64,000 bases of DNA, taken from assembly GCA_029945665.1 (NCBI GenBank), contig JAQSCZ010000122.1, positions 1,868 through 65,867 of the forward strand, given 5' to 3'. This document shows positions 50,512-60,815 of the stretch, piece after piece (within the stretch, counting starts at the first letter, position 1; each line of letters starts with the position of its first letter). The position numbers and the translations under genes are program-made. This DNA comes from a bacterium (lineage in GTDB: Bacteria > Bacteroidota > Bacteroidia > NS11-12g > UBA955). The notes beneath the pieces were generated by a model, which saw only the letters and a program-made list of their open reading frames with translations, was not told where the DNA came from and did not search any database.

Positions 50512-51624
50512 TTGAAATTATTACTTTACATACTGTCCTTATTATTGATAGGCAACCTACATGGGCAGGCAATGGCTTTGAAAGTTGTAGATGTGCAACA
50601 ATCTAAATGCGAGCAATTAGAACAAGGTTGCCGATTGCAAAAACGAATTGTTAGCCAAACCTTAATTGGAGACACTTTGAGCACCAACATAGGTATAAGA
50701 TCTAATTGTGGAGGTATATGCGAAGTAGAAGCCTTTGTAAACAAGGATACTTTAAAGATTTATTACCATGAAGGCACAATAAATCGCGATACCATATCTG
50801 ATACTGTAATTTTAATAACAAAAAGTATTGCACGGTGTAAATGCTGTTTCGAATTTAATTTTAAAACAAAAGGACTAAGTGAAATCCCCACGGTAACCAC
50901 CATTAATGATTCAATTTTTAACTATTACCCCAATAAATACAAATTGTTTAAAGTGAATTTCGATTTGCTTAATAAAGATACCGTGAATTATACCGATCTA
51001 TATGGTAGAAAGCAAGGCAAATGGTTAAAGCAAGAAGACGATTCAGATTACATAAACCTTGATAGTAATACCTATATTGCTTATTATAGAGACAACTACC
51101 TAAAGTCTTCTATATATAAAGAGTTTTATAAGAATGGTGTACTAAAATTGGAATACAAAGTAAACAATTTTAACGAGCAAAATGAAACTGAATATTATGA
51201 AAATGGAGATGTAAAGAACCAATATATCAGTTTTGGACAAGGGAGCACTGTCAGTTATGATTTTTACACAAATCAACAAATTGAGCGTATAAGTTACGAA
51301 ACCCAAGGCTTCAAAGAAACCACTACTTTTTATGAAAATGGAGGAATTAAAAGCATTAAAAGCAAATTAATAAACAAGGATTTCTATAGCACTGGTATGC
51401 TTAAAAAAGAAATATTTGGAAACAATGCCCCTAACCATATAAATGCCAAATACTATTACGACAATGGATTGCCAATGGCCATAAAAACTATAAAACCGCA
51501 CAAAGGCAAACCCATTGTAAAATGGAAATGCTACGATAAGCAGGGCAATAGGGTGCCTAGGGAAGCTTTAATAAAGCGAGGGTTTAAATTGCTGGAGGAA
51601 AATTCTGTCTATCTGTATTTCTAA
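50512..51624 (+). CDS. Secreted protein with MORN-variant (YwqK-like) repeats
   Basis: Signal peptide; GRKQGKW and repeated FYxNG/YYENG units. Confidence 0.75.
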   Translation: MKLLLYILSLLLIGNLHGQAMALKVVDVQQSKCEQLEQGCRLQKRIVSQTLIGDTLSTNIGIRSNCGGICEVEAFVNKDTLKIYYHEGTINRDTISDTVILITKSIARCKCCFEFNFKTKGLSEIPTVTTINDSIFNYYPNKYKLFKVNFDLLNKDTVNYTDLYGRKQGKWLKQEDDSDYINLDSNTYIAYYRDNYLKSSIYKEFYKNGVLKLEYKVNNFNEQNETEYYENGDVKNQYISFGQGSTVSYDFYTNQQIERISYETQGFKETTTFYENGGIKSIKSKLINKDFYSTGMLKKEIFGNNAPNHINAKYYYDNGLPMAIKTIKPHKGKPIVKWKCYDKQGNRVPREALIKRGFKLLEENSVYLYF

Positions 51625-51650
51625 GTGTTACAATTTCATTATTCATACAA

Positions 51651-52094
51651 ATGGACATTAAAGACAAAAACACGTTAGCAATTGGACTTGGACTGACTTT
51701 GGTGACAGTTAGTAATATTATTGGACACTTTGCTGGACCATTTTCTATTTTGGCAACACCAATTCTTTTGACAATAATTATTGCAGGAATAAACTCTCAA
51801 CTATATAAGTCAAATTTTATATTAACAATAGTATATAACTTCGGACTGTTGCTATTGAATGATTTATTGATACGACTTTATGCAGGAGGAACGCATGACC
51901 AAGTTGGAAAGGCTTTGATTTCGCTGTTTTTTATTGTGGCATTTGTATTGGCGCTTATAACAATGGCCATTTATTGCTTTATATCTTTTGACGAAAAATC
52001 AAGGACGAAAAAAATATTAACCAATCTTTTTATTATACTAATTCTAGCAAGCACAACTGGTCTCATTTATGCTTCTGCGCTCTCCAATTTATAA
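51651..52094 (+). CDS. Hypothetical membrane protein
   Basis: About five hydrophobic helices; YAGGTHD loop. Confidence 0.65.
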   Translation: MDIKDKNTLAIGLGLTLVTVSNIIGHFAGPFSILATPILLTIIIAGINSQLYKSNFILTIVYNFGLLLLNDLLIRLYAGGTHDQVGKALISLFFIVAFVLALITMAIYCFISFDEKSRTKKILTNLFIILILASTTGLIYASALSNL

Positions 52095-52416
52095 GACATA
52101 AGGTGAAATAAAGCCTGCTATGAGATAAAATTTCCAAATTCTAGGCTTTGTTATTTCGTTAAAAATATCTTGATTTTAAAAACACCATAAAATCAAAGCA
52201 TCAGAATACCCTTTATTCTGCCAGGCTGAGTTTATCGAGGCTTAACTGATACCTAACAAAATCGCCTAAAATCTGCTTTTTGGTTATCTATCTGCCCTCT
52301 TCCTTTAATCTAAAAAACTAAACATGCGAAATATGTAACTTTATTGAAAAATTATGTAATGCATACAAAAATTGAAAAATGCAGCTTTGCAAGCTATCAA
52401 TTCACTAACAATCAAA

Positions 52417-52824
52417 ATGAAAAATATTAAATATACGCTTTTTGTGGCAATTGCCATATTCACGACTTCCTGTGCTTCAAGTATAAAATTCCCCGTTTCA
52501 ACTATCACACCAGCAGCAGAAATAACTGCGGCCATGAAACAGGATAAAAACAAAAACTACGTGATAGAAGTTAACGCAGTTAATCTGGCAAGTCCTGATA
52601 GACTTAATCCTCCAAAAAAAACCTATGTGGTTTGGATTACAACCGCAGACAATGGCACTAAGAATATTGGCCAAATGGTTATTAAAAACGCTCAAAAATC
52701 TTATCTAAAAACAAGCACACCTTTTAAAGCTTTAGAAATATTTATTACCGCAGAGGATCAAGGCGATATTTCGTATCCTTCGGGAGTTGAGATATCTAGA
52801 ACAATTGTTTCAAGTAAGAAATAA
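52417..52824 (+). CDS. Hypothetical lipoprotein
   Basis: ATG 52417, lipobox TTSC; YVVW...KNIGQ...IFITAED (RskA-C-like fold possible). Confidence 0.75.
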   Translation: MKNIKYTLFVAIAIFTTSCASSIKFPVSTITPAAEITAAMKQDKNKNYVIEVNAVNLASPDRLNPPKKTYVVWITTADNGTKNIGQMVIKNAQKSYLKTSTPFKALEIFITAEDQGDISYPSGVEISRTIVSSKK

Positions 52825-52849
52825 ATTGACTTTTTAATAGTTTCTTAGC

Positions 52850-52874
52850 ATTCCTTGTTGTTTCATCAAGGAAT
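52850..52874. terminator. Hairpin between convergent genes
   Basis: attccttg...caaggaat inverted repeat. Confidence 0.55.
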
Positions 52875-52879
52875 TGTAA

Positions 52880-54295
52880 TTACCACTTAACCTTATACCC
52901 TTTTTTAACTCGCACACCAGTATAGGGCAATACACACCTAAAACCTAATAATGGCAAGGCTTTACTCTGTTCTAGTTGTGATACCTTGTGAGTGGTATTT
53001 TTATAATTGGAGGCTAAGTATTTGCGTTTCATATTGGTATTATCGCTTACAAACCTACTGGCCCATTTTTCATTTAATGAATCTTTGGTAATCATTTCAG
53101 GATAAATACCTTGGCTATTCAAATATACTTTGAAATTATTTTTATAAAATTGGGCATATTGCGTAAAATGCTTGTAATAAACCTTTTTCAAAATACTATC
53201 CATATACTTTTCTTTTTGATGATAAAAGGGATTTGGAAAAAAGACTTTGTATAATTGATAATCAAACAATCTTGGATTTGTTAGGTATATTGGTTCATTA
53301 AGAGCCGATACTTGAACGAATCTATATTTTAAACGCCCAATACTGTCTTTTTCTTCTATCTAGCCATATTGATCTAATGGATTTGAATACATAAAACTAT
53401 ACCATCCATTGATTAGCAAAACATCGTATTCCGCTATCCCTGTGCCTTGCCGATAGTTTTCTAAATCGAGCAGCCATTCTGAAACACCACTGTAAAAATT
53501 GAAACCTATTTTTTCGAAATTAGAAGATTGTTTAGTTTTATACGAATTTACAAGTTGATAATAAAGCATCCATTTATCAAGAAAATCAGATTGATTGAGG
53601 GAGTTCGTAATAGTTTTTGAGTTTTGTAAATCATTAGTGTAGGAGGCTGCCAAATTCCATTCTGCTTCTGTTGGCAGGCGGTATTGCGGAAAAAGTATAC
53701 CATCCTCTACTTTTACATATTCTTTAGATTTTTGTTCTCTACCTTTAATAAAATTATTAAAATTATTTCCTTTTTCAGGCAAATAAACTTCATTCAAATA
53801 GGACTCGGTATTAAAATTATGATCATCAGTTGTTTTACTCATATCAATATTAATAATTTCAGTTTTATCTAAAATCATTTCATTTAGGCGGTCTGTTTTC
53901 CATTCCAAATAAGATTTAACTTGAAACCATGTTACACCAGTAACAGGATACCACATAAAGGCTGGATGGTTGTTGTAATCTTGAATCATAGGGTCGTTAT
54001 ATTGCAACCATAAACCGCCTACTGTATCTTTGGGATAGGCCTGCTTATAAACCTCCGGATAGCTTTGGAAAACATTTTTTAACCACAGGATATAGGTTTT
54101 ATAATGAATATTGGATTCTTCGGTAACGCTTATGTAATAAGGCAACAAAGTATCGGATTGAACCAGCACCATACCTTGTGGCGCAGTTTGAGTTAATTGT
54201 TCATTGAAAGTAGTATGAAGATTTGTTGAACTTTGTAATAAAAACCAAAACCCTACCAAAGAAACTAGCATGCCAAATAAAATTGTCCTTTTCAT
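52880..54295 (-). pseudogene. GldJ/GldK-like formylglycine-generating-enzyme (SUMF1) family gene split by an in-frame TAG
   Basis: YPVTGVTW, WKTDRLNE, RLPTEAEW, VSEW and C-terminal GFRCV motifs. TAG at 53362-53360 is in frame with the downstream ORF (DQYG*IEEKDSIGRLKYR...). Confidence 0.75.
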
Positions 54296-54354
54296 CTTTA
54301 ATTAGATTGTAAACAAATATATAGCAATTATAGCCAAAGGTAAACTAAAATACC

Positions 54355-54957
54355 TCACAACAACTCCAACTGTCTTGGCAATAATGCAAAACTCATGCGG
54401 TGGTGGGCATTGGCACCATATAAGCGTATGGCATCACGGTGTTTTAGGGTACCATAGCCTTTGTTCTGTTGCCAATGGTATTCAGGAAAATCCAAAGCCA
54501 ATTTTTCCATGTAGGCATCACGGTGGGTTTTAGCCAATATGGAGGCTGCCGCTATGCTCTTCAATTTACCATCGCCTTTTACAACCGTGGTATAAGGTAT
54601 ATTTTTATAGGGTTTAAAACGGTTGCCATCTACTAAAATATGGTCAAAGCTTTCTGTAAGTGCATCGAGGGCCAAGTGCATGGCTTTAATAGAGGCATTC
54701 AGAATATTAATCTTGTCTATTTCCAGAGGCGAAAGGGTGGCCACGGCCCATATACATTGCTCCTCGATTAATGGGCGCAATAATTGCCTCTGCTTTTCGC
54801 TAAGTTGTTTAGAGTCGTGTTAGACATTCAAGCCTTGCAATTCCACTCCGTTGGGAATAATAACTGCTGCTGCAAATACTGGTCCTGCCAAACAACCTCG
54901 GCCCGCTTCATCGCAACCGGCTTCAATTCGATTGGGTAGAAGGAAATCAGTTAGCAT
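54355..54957 (-). pseudogene. rnhB: Ribonuclease HII interrupted by a 9-nt in-frame insertion containing TAA
   Basis: From ATG 54957: [15 protein letters not shown]...LN-V*H-DSKQL...DKINILNAS...DGN...SIAAASILAK...NKGYGT; TAA at 54822-54820. Confidence 0.88.
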
Positions 54958-54971
54958 ATTATTAAAAACAA

Positions 54972-55005
54972 TTTGTTGGGACATGATATATCATGTCTCA
55001 ACAAA
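54972..55005. repeat. Near-perfect 34-bp palindrome (REP-like / terminator)
   Basis: tttgttgggacatgata-tatcatgtctcaacaaa, one mismatch. Confidence 0.75.
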
Positions 55006-55026
55006 ATCGTAAAAATTGCAATATTA

Positions 55027-55572
55027 TTACATAAACGCAGAAGCCGTTGCTATCGTTGTAGCATCATAATCTTGCACACTAGCGCCATTTCTGATTATTG
55101 TTAGCGTCTCGATTTTATCGCCTTCTTTTATAGCATCTACTACAGATTGACCATCGATAACACGACCGAATACAGTGTGCTTGCCATCTAGCCAAGGTGT
55201 GGCAATATGGGTAATAAAAAATTGACTGCCATTAGAAGCAGGACCAGCATTGGCCATACTTAAAATACCCGGTCCATTGTGGGTTAAACTATTGTCAAAC
55301 TCATCTTTAAAACGGTAACCTGGTCCGCCACGGCCATCGCCACCTGGATCACCACCCTGTATCATAAAATCAGGAATAACGCGGTGAAAAGTTAAGCCAT
55401 TGTAGTAAGCATCGCCTGGAGGCGTCGCTTTGTTTGGCAATTTACCCTCTGCCAAACCAACAAAGTTGGCGACGGTTAAAGGGGTTTTTGTGTGTTCTAA
55501 AAAAAGGATGATGTTTCCTTTGTTGGTAAGCATTTCTGCGTACAAGCCTTCTGGTAATTGTGAGTAGTCCAT
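55027..55572 (-). CDS. Cyclophilin-type peptidyl-prolyl isomerase
   Basis: [28 protein letters not shown] and [10 protein letters not shown] motifs. Confidence 0.96.
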   Translation of the reverse strand: MDYSQLPEGLYAEMLTNKGNIILFLEHTKTPLTVANFVGLAEGKLPNKATPPGDAYYNGLTFHRVIPDFMIQGGDPGGDGRGGPGYRFKDEFDNSLTHNGPGILSMANAGPASNGSQFFITHIATPWLDGKHTVFGRVIDGQSVVDAIKEGDKIETLTIIRNGASVQDYDATTIATASAFM

Positions 55573-55574
55573 TG

Positions 55575-56180
55575 TTATTTTTTTCCGAATAAATTTGATA
55601 TGATATTTAAAATGCCGCCGCCGCTTTGTGCAGTTTGGGTTTGATTGGTATTATTTGATGTTTCTGTAGCACCTGTGAACATGCCAATGATATTACTGAT
55701 ATCTAGTCCACCAGCACCACCTGTAAATTTACCTATTAAATCTGAAATACCTCCAGAATCAGAAACACCTGTTTGTTGTTTTTGTTTGCCTAAATAACCC
55801 ATTATTACAGGGGCTATCAAGGGTAATAACTTAGAAATACTACTAGCATCTGCTCCACTATTGGCGGCCAATGCATTTTCCACCTGACCTTTGTTATCGC
55901 CTAATAAATGTTTAAGAATACCTTCACCTTGGGAATTGCCTCCACCTTGAAAGAATCCCATCACATCATCTAACACACTACCGTCGTGGTCGCGATCAAG
56001 GGCAGCCATCAAGCCATTTGCTCCACCATTGCTTACGTTGTTCTGTATGGCACTAAAAAGAGTCGGAACAGCTTGCTGTAAGGCGGCTGTCGTTTGACCT
56101 TTATCGGCTCCAATTTGTTGACTTAATGAATTAATTTCACTGTCACCAAATAGGTTCATTAGTTGATTTAAATCGCTCAT
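55575..56180 (-). CDS. DUF937 family protein
   Basis: [22 protein letters not shown] and [14 protein letters not shown] motifs. Confidence 0.88.
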   Translation of the reverse strand: MSDLNQLMNLFGDSEINSLSQQIGADKGQTTAALQQAVPTLFSAIQNNVSNGGANGLMAALDRDHDGSVLDDVMGFFQGGGNSQGEGILKHLLGDNKGQVENALAANSGADASSISKLLPLIAPVIMGYLGKQKQQTGVSDSGGISDLIGKFTGGAGGLDISNIIGMFTGATETSNNTNQTQTAQSGGGILNIISNLFGKK

Positions 56181-56312
56181 TTTTTATATTTGTATGTTAA
56201 GGCACAAAAATAATTTAAATTAGACAAAATGGGGGATTATTTTATTTTAATCTCAACCTAAATTTTCCGTAACATTGCAATTGCATTATTTAACCCTCCT
56301 TTAACCTCAAAA

Positions 56313-58358
56313 ATGGTTACCAAAGATATTCTATTAAAAGCATACACCCTCATGTGCAAAGCCAGAGCCATGGCTGCTATATACGAAGAAAACAGACCGA
56401 TTACAAAGTATGTTCACTCTACCAGTAAAGGCCACGAAGCCATTCAAATAGCAGCAGGTTTTTTACTAAAATCAATTGATTACGCTGCACCATATTACCG
56501 AGATGAGAGCATGTTGCTAAGCATGGGCATGCAACCTTATGAGCTTATGTTGCAATTATTAGCCAAGGCTGATGACCCTTTTAGCGGAGGCAGAACCTAT
56601 TATTCGCACCCATCTTTAAAAAGAGACAATATGCCTAAAATGCCACATCAAAGTAGTGCTACAGGCATGCAGGCGATTCCGGCAACAGGCATGGCACATG
56701 GTATAAAGTATAAGGAGAGCCAGAATCTATTGCCTGATGGTGATAAACCTATTGTTTTGTGCAGTATTGGTGATGGCAGTATGACCGAAGGTGAAGTGAG
56801 TGAAGCATTACAAATGGCCGTTTTAAAAGAATTGCCTATTTTATACTTGGTACAAGACAATGATTGGGGAATTTCGGCCAGTGGCGATGAAATGCGAGCC
56901 ATGGATGCCTATGAATTTGCAGCAGGATTTAAAGGATTAAAGAGAGCTAAAACAGATGGAAGCGATTTTGTAGAATGTTATGATGATTTAAAATCGGCCA
57001 TTGAGTGGGTAAGAAAAAACAGAAAACCCATGTTGTTGCATGCTAAAGTACCTTTGCTAGGTCACCATACAAGTGGTGTCAGAAGTGAGTGGTATCGGGA
57101 TGATTTGGAGAAGCAATTGGCAGATGATCCATTTCCAAAATTAAAAAAGATATTACTAGATTTAGCTGAATCAGAGCTTAATCTTTTAAAAATAGAAGCA
57201 GAGTGTAAGAGAGAAATTGCGGATAGTTTTGACAGGGCTGTAAAAGCACCTGATCCAACACCAGAAAGCTTGTACTTGCATGAATTTGCACCCACTCCGG
57301 TAACCGAAGAGAAAGGGATTCGAAGTCCAGAGGGTAAGGAACCCATTGTTATGGTAGATGCTGCTCTTTTTGCATGTGACGAAATTTTAAGAAAACACCC
57401 AGAGGCCCTTTTATATGGTCAGGATGTTGGTATTCGCTTAGGTGGTGTATTTAGAGAAGCGGCTACTTTAGCAAAAAAATATAGTAAGGACAGAGTGTTT
57501 AACACCCCAATTCAAGAAGCCTATATTGTTGGATCGACAGTTGGAATGAGTGCTGTGGGTTGTAAACCAATTGTAGAAATCCAATTCGCGGATTATATAT
57601 GGCCAGGCATTAATCAATTGGTAGAAGAGGTTTCTAAAAGTTGTTATTTGTCGAATGGCAAATACCCTGTTCAAACCTTGATTAGAATTCCGACGGGCGC
57701 GTATGGTGGAGGTGGACCATACCATTCCGGTACAGTAGAAAGCAGTATACTTCAAATAAAAGGTATTAAAATTGTTTATCCAAGCAATGCAGCCGACATG
57801 AAAGGCTTGTTAAAAGCAGCTTTCTACGATCCAAATCCGGTGGTGATGTTTGAGCATAAGGGCTTGTATTGGAGTAAAGTTCCTGGAACAGATATGGCCA
57901 AATGCCCAGAACCAGATGAGGAGTATATTATTCCACTGGGCAAAGCTAGAACTGTATTGCATGCAGATGATGCGGCTGTAAAATACGGTGAATCAATGGC
58001 CATAATAACCTATGGGATGGGTGTATATTGGGCTTTAAATGCCGCCAAAAAATTTGAAGGAAAGGTAGAAATTATTGACTTAAGAACCCTTAGCCCTTGC
58101 GATGACGAAGCGATTTACAATGCCTCTAAAAAACATGGGAAAGTGCTAGTACTAACTGAAGAAACTTTACGTAATTCATTTGCTGAAGCCATTGCTGGTA
58201 GAATCCAATTTAATTGTTTCAATTATTTAGATGCGCCAGTTCAAACCATGGGATCAGCTAATTTACCTGCCATACCATTAAACATTGGATTGGAGAAAGA
58301 AATGCTGCCGAATGCCGATAAGGTCGCCGCAGTTATAGAACAAATGTTATCCTATTAA
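56313..58358 (+). CDS. Fused alpha/beta E1 component of a 2-oxoacid (probably branched-chain) dehydrogenase
   Basis: GHEA, YYRD, TPP motif GDG...E...N, GGVFR, NTPIQE, EIQFADY and DLRTL. Confidence 0.92.
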   Translation: MVTKDILLKAYTLMCKARAMAAIYEENRPITKYVHSTSKGHEAIQIAAGFLLKSIDYAAPYYRDESMLLSMGMQPYELMLQLLAKADDPFSGGRTYYSHPSLKRDNMPKMPHQSSATGMQAIPATGMAHGIKYKESQNLLPDGDKPIVLCSIGDGSMTEGEVSEALQMAVLKELPILYLVQDNDWGISASGDEMRAMDAYEFAAGFKGLKRAKTDGSDFVECYDDLKSAIEWVRKNRKPMLLHAKVPLLGHHTSGVRSEWYRDDLEKQLADDPFPKLKKILLDLAESELNLLKIEAECKREIADSFDRAVKAPDPTPESLYLHEFAPTPVTEEKGIRSPEGKEPIVMVDAALFACDEILRKHPEALLYGQDVGIRLGGVFREAATLAKKYSKDRVFNTPIQEAYIVGSTVGMSAVGCKPIVEIQFADYIWPGINQLVEEVSKSCYLSNGKYPVQTLIRIPTGAYGGGGPYHSGTVESSILQIKGIKIVYPSNAADMKGLLKAAFYDPNPVVMFEHKGLYWSKVPGTDMAKCPEPDEEYIIPLGKARTVLHADDAAVKYGESMAIITYGMGVYWALNAAKKFEGKVEIIDLRTLSPCDDEAIYNASKKHGKVLVLTEETLRNSFAEAIAGRIQFNCFNYLDAPVQTMGSANLPAIPLNIGLEKEMLPNADKVAAVIEQMLSY

Positions 58359-58379
58359 TGAGTCCTCTATTTTTTTAAA

Positions 58380-59024
58380 ATGGCCAAGAATAAGCTAAAG
58401 AAATTTAACGAATACGATACTTTTTCGAATACTTACGATGCACGGAACCAATTGAAAGGCAAATGGCACAGTGAGGTTTTTAAAAACAAAAAGCCGATCA
58501 CTTTGGAGTTAGCCTGTGGACGTGGAGAATACACTGTAGGGCTTGCACAATTATACCCAGAAAGGAATTTTATTGGTGTAGATGTTAAAGCCTCTAGAAT
58601 GTGGCAAGGGGCTAAGTTTGCCTTGGAAAATAATCTGACTAATGTGGCATTTATTCGCATTCAAATTGACTTCCTAAATGATTTTTTTGCAGATGGTGAA
58701 GTTGATGAAATATGGATTACATTTCCCGATCCACAGCCACAAAAAACAAGGATTAAACAACGTTTAACGAGTCCGAAGTTCCTAGAAAAATACGCCAATC
58801 TGTTAGGTAGGAATAAGTTCATTAATTTGAAAACAGACAGCGATTTATTATTCAAGTATACATTGGAAACATTGACTGATAAGAATGTACAAATGAATGA
58901 ATTATATTTGAATATCGACGAATTAGATGAAATGAAAGAAGAGCTAAAGATAAAAACATATTATGAAAAAATGTGGCGTGAGAAAGGGATTATAATTAAG
59001 TATCTAAAGTTTCAGTTCATCTAA
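58380..59024 (+). CDS. trmB: tRNA (guanine-N7)-methyltransferase
   Basis: LELACGRGEY, ITFPDP, RLT, LKTD and TYYE motifs. Confidence 0.95.
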   Translation: MAKNKLKKFNEYDTFSNTYDARNQLKGKWHSEVFKNKKPITLELACGRGEYTVGLAQLYPERNFIGVDVKASRMWQGAKFALENNLTNVAFIRIQIDFLNDFFADGEVDEIWITFPDPQPQKTRIKQRLTSPKFLEKYANLLGRNKFINLKTDSDLLFKYTLETLTDKNVQMNELYLNIDELDEMKEELKIKTYYEKMWREKGIIIKYLKFQFI

Positions 59025-59074
59025 CAGAGTGTTGGAAGTGTTCCGCTAATTTTATTTATCTAGAATTAGCACAA

Positions 59075-59092
59075 TTGTAATAAAACTGTCAT
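59075..59092 (+). promoter_or_regulatory. Pho-box-like (OmpR/PhoB-type) direct repeat
   Basis: TTGTAAT-AAAA-CTGTCAT, 11-bp periodic. Confidence 0.4.
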
Positions 59093-59252
59093 AATACCAA
59101 GACAGTACAACCTTTTTAGTTTGGGGTGGTCTAATCTTAAAACTAAAACCTTTAAAACCATGTTTATTTATCGTTACCTTCGGAACTCTTACAATTACTT
59201 TAAAAAATTAATCATACTTTTGAGGAACATTAATTATTAATGTGCTCATCAT

Positions 59253-60803
59253 ATGAAGAAAATTTTAATGATCGCTCTCTTTGCTATAGCAATGCAAACA
59301 AGAGCACAAAAACCAACTTGGGCAGAAGATGTTGCATGCATTGTATACAGCCACTGCACTAGTTGTCACAACCCCAATGGCTCAGGTCCATTTTCTCTAT
59401 TAGATTTTAATGATGCCGTTAACCGAAGCAACAGCATTAAATTTCAGGTGAGTAACAAAACTATGCCGCCTTGGCCAGTCGATAATCATTATCGAAAAAT
59501 GGCACACGAGAGAAGTTTATCTGATGTGGAAGTGAATACCATTTTAGCCTGGATAAACAATGGCATGACCCAAGGTAATATGGCCAATGCCCCTACTCCA
59601 CCGGTGTATTCATCGGCATTGGTAATTGCCAATCCTGATCTAAAATTAAAACTACCAACTTATACCGTTCCTACCATCACACAAGATTTATATAGATGCT
59701 TTGTAATGCCTACAGGCCAATCTATTCAAAAGTTCATTACAGGAATTGAAATAATTCCTGGAAACAAAAGCATCGTTCACCATGCACAAGTATTTTACGA
59801 TACCACTGGTGCAACAACGACTTTAGATGCCAATGACCCAAATCCTGGTTATTCTTCGGCTGGAGGAGTAGGTACGGATGCCGCAGTATTATTGGGCACT
59901 TGGGTGCCAGGTGCTAGTCCTATTTTCGTGCCTGCTGGCATGGGTAAGCGCTTGCCCCCCACAGCAAAAATAGTGGTTCAAATTCATTACCCTGAATATG
60001 CAAGCGGGCAAACAGATTCAACAAAAGTGAATTTTCTGTTTACCTCAAGTAGCGTTAGAAATATTAGCGATGCGCCTATTTTAAACCATTCAACTACCAT
60101 GAAGGATGGGCCATTATTTATTCCAAAAAATACTGTTAAAACCTTTCATGAAGAATTTTTTGTGCCACTTAACGCCACCATTTTAAGCATTGGACCGCAT
60201 GGTCACTTACTCTGTAAAAGTATGAAAGCCTATGGCATTACTTTAGCTGGCGACACCATCAAATTGATAAATATTCCAAAATGGGATTTTCATTGGCAAG
60301 GTTCTTATGATTTTAAACAACCCATTAAAATTCCAATAGGTACGACACTACATGGCGAAGCTACATACGATAACACGGCTGCAAATTCAGAAAACCCAAA
60401 TGACCCACCTCAAGATGTAAGCTTAGGCGAAGCTACAACAGATGAAATGATGTTGTTTTATTTCTCTTATTTAGCCTATAAATCGGGTGATGAAAATATT
60501 GTAGTGGACACCTTTCAACATCAACCACACCATAACAATTGCACTAGTGCATATAACACCTCTATTAGTACTCTAGACATTTCAAGTGATTTAGTGTATC
60601 CGAATCCTAGTAATGGTTTATTTCATTTAAAAGTGCAAAACAATAACGCATTTGAGATAATTGTTTATAACCATTTGGGTCAAAAAGTATGGAATGGCAA
60701 AAATACCACTGAGATAGATTTATCAGCGTTTGGAAATGGTATTTACAATGTAAGTATCATTCAAAACAATAATATTTACAATAGCAAGTTAGTAAAGGAA
60801 TAA
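59253..60803 (+). CDS. Cytochrome c / copper type II ascorbate-dependent monooxygenase fusion with T9SS type A C-terminal domain
   Basis: CTSCH plus MPPW; IVHH, QIHY, PHGH, WDFHWQ and DEMM copper-site motifs; C-terminal VYPNPS...GIY. Confidence 0.88.
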   Translation: MKKILMIALFAIAMQTRAQKPTWAEDVACIVYSHCTSCHNPNGSGPFSLLDFNDAVNRSNSIKFQVSNKTMPPWPVDNHYRKMAHERSLSDVEVNTILAWINNGMTQGNMANAPTPPVYSSALVIANPDLKLKLPTYTVPTITQDLYRCFVMPTGQSIQKFITGIEIIPGNKSIVHHAQVFYDTTGATTTLDANDPNPGYSSAGGVGTDAAVLLGTWVPGASPIFVPAGMGKRLPPTAKIVVQIHYPEYASGQTDSTKVNFLFTSSSVRNISDAPILNHSTTMKDGPLFIPKNTVKTFHEEFFVPLNATILSIGPHGHLLCKSMKAYGITLAGDTIKLINIPKWDFHWQGSYDFKQPIKIPIGTTLHGEATYDNTAANSENPNDPPQDVSLGEATTDEMMLFYFSYLAYKSGDENIVVDTFQHQPHHNNCTSAYNTSISTLDISSDLVYPNPSNGLFHLKVQNNNAFEIIVYNHLGQKVWNGKNTTEIDLSAFGNGIYNVSIIQNNNIYNSKLVKE

Positions 60804-60815
60804 AGTCCTTATTAA

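Noticed and set aside
50512..51624. Toxin-antitoxin system from YwqK-like repeats
   Set aside because: The protein has a signal peptide and no adjacent toxin; MORN-variant repeats alone do not indicate a TA system
51625..52130. Integron-like gene cassette around the small membrane protein
   Set aside because: Only weak similarity to cassette-flanking motifs; no clear attC-like repeat pair and no integrase
53360..53362. Genome-wide TAG or TAA reassignment
   Set aside because: TAG and TAA end many genes at the expected C-termini (mazG, gcvT, glnA), so the genetic code looks standard
1048..58855. Numerous short ORF-track entries antisense or off-frame to long genes (e.g. 2292, 4232, 6977, 26683, 48296, 57468)
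   Set aside because: Shadow ORFs overlapping well-supported genes
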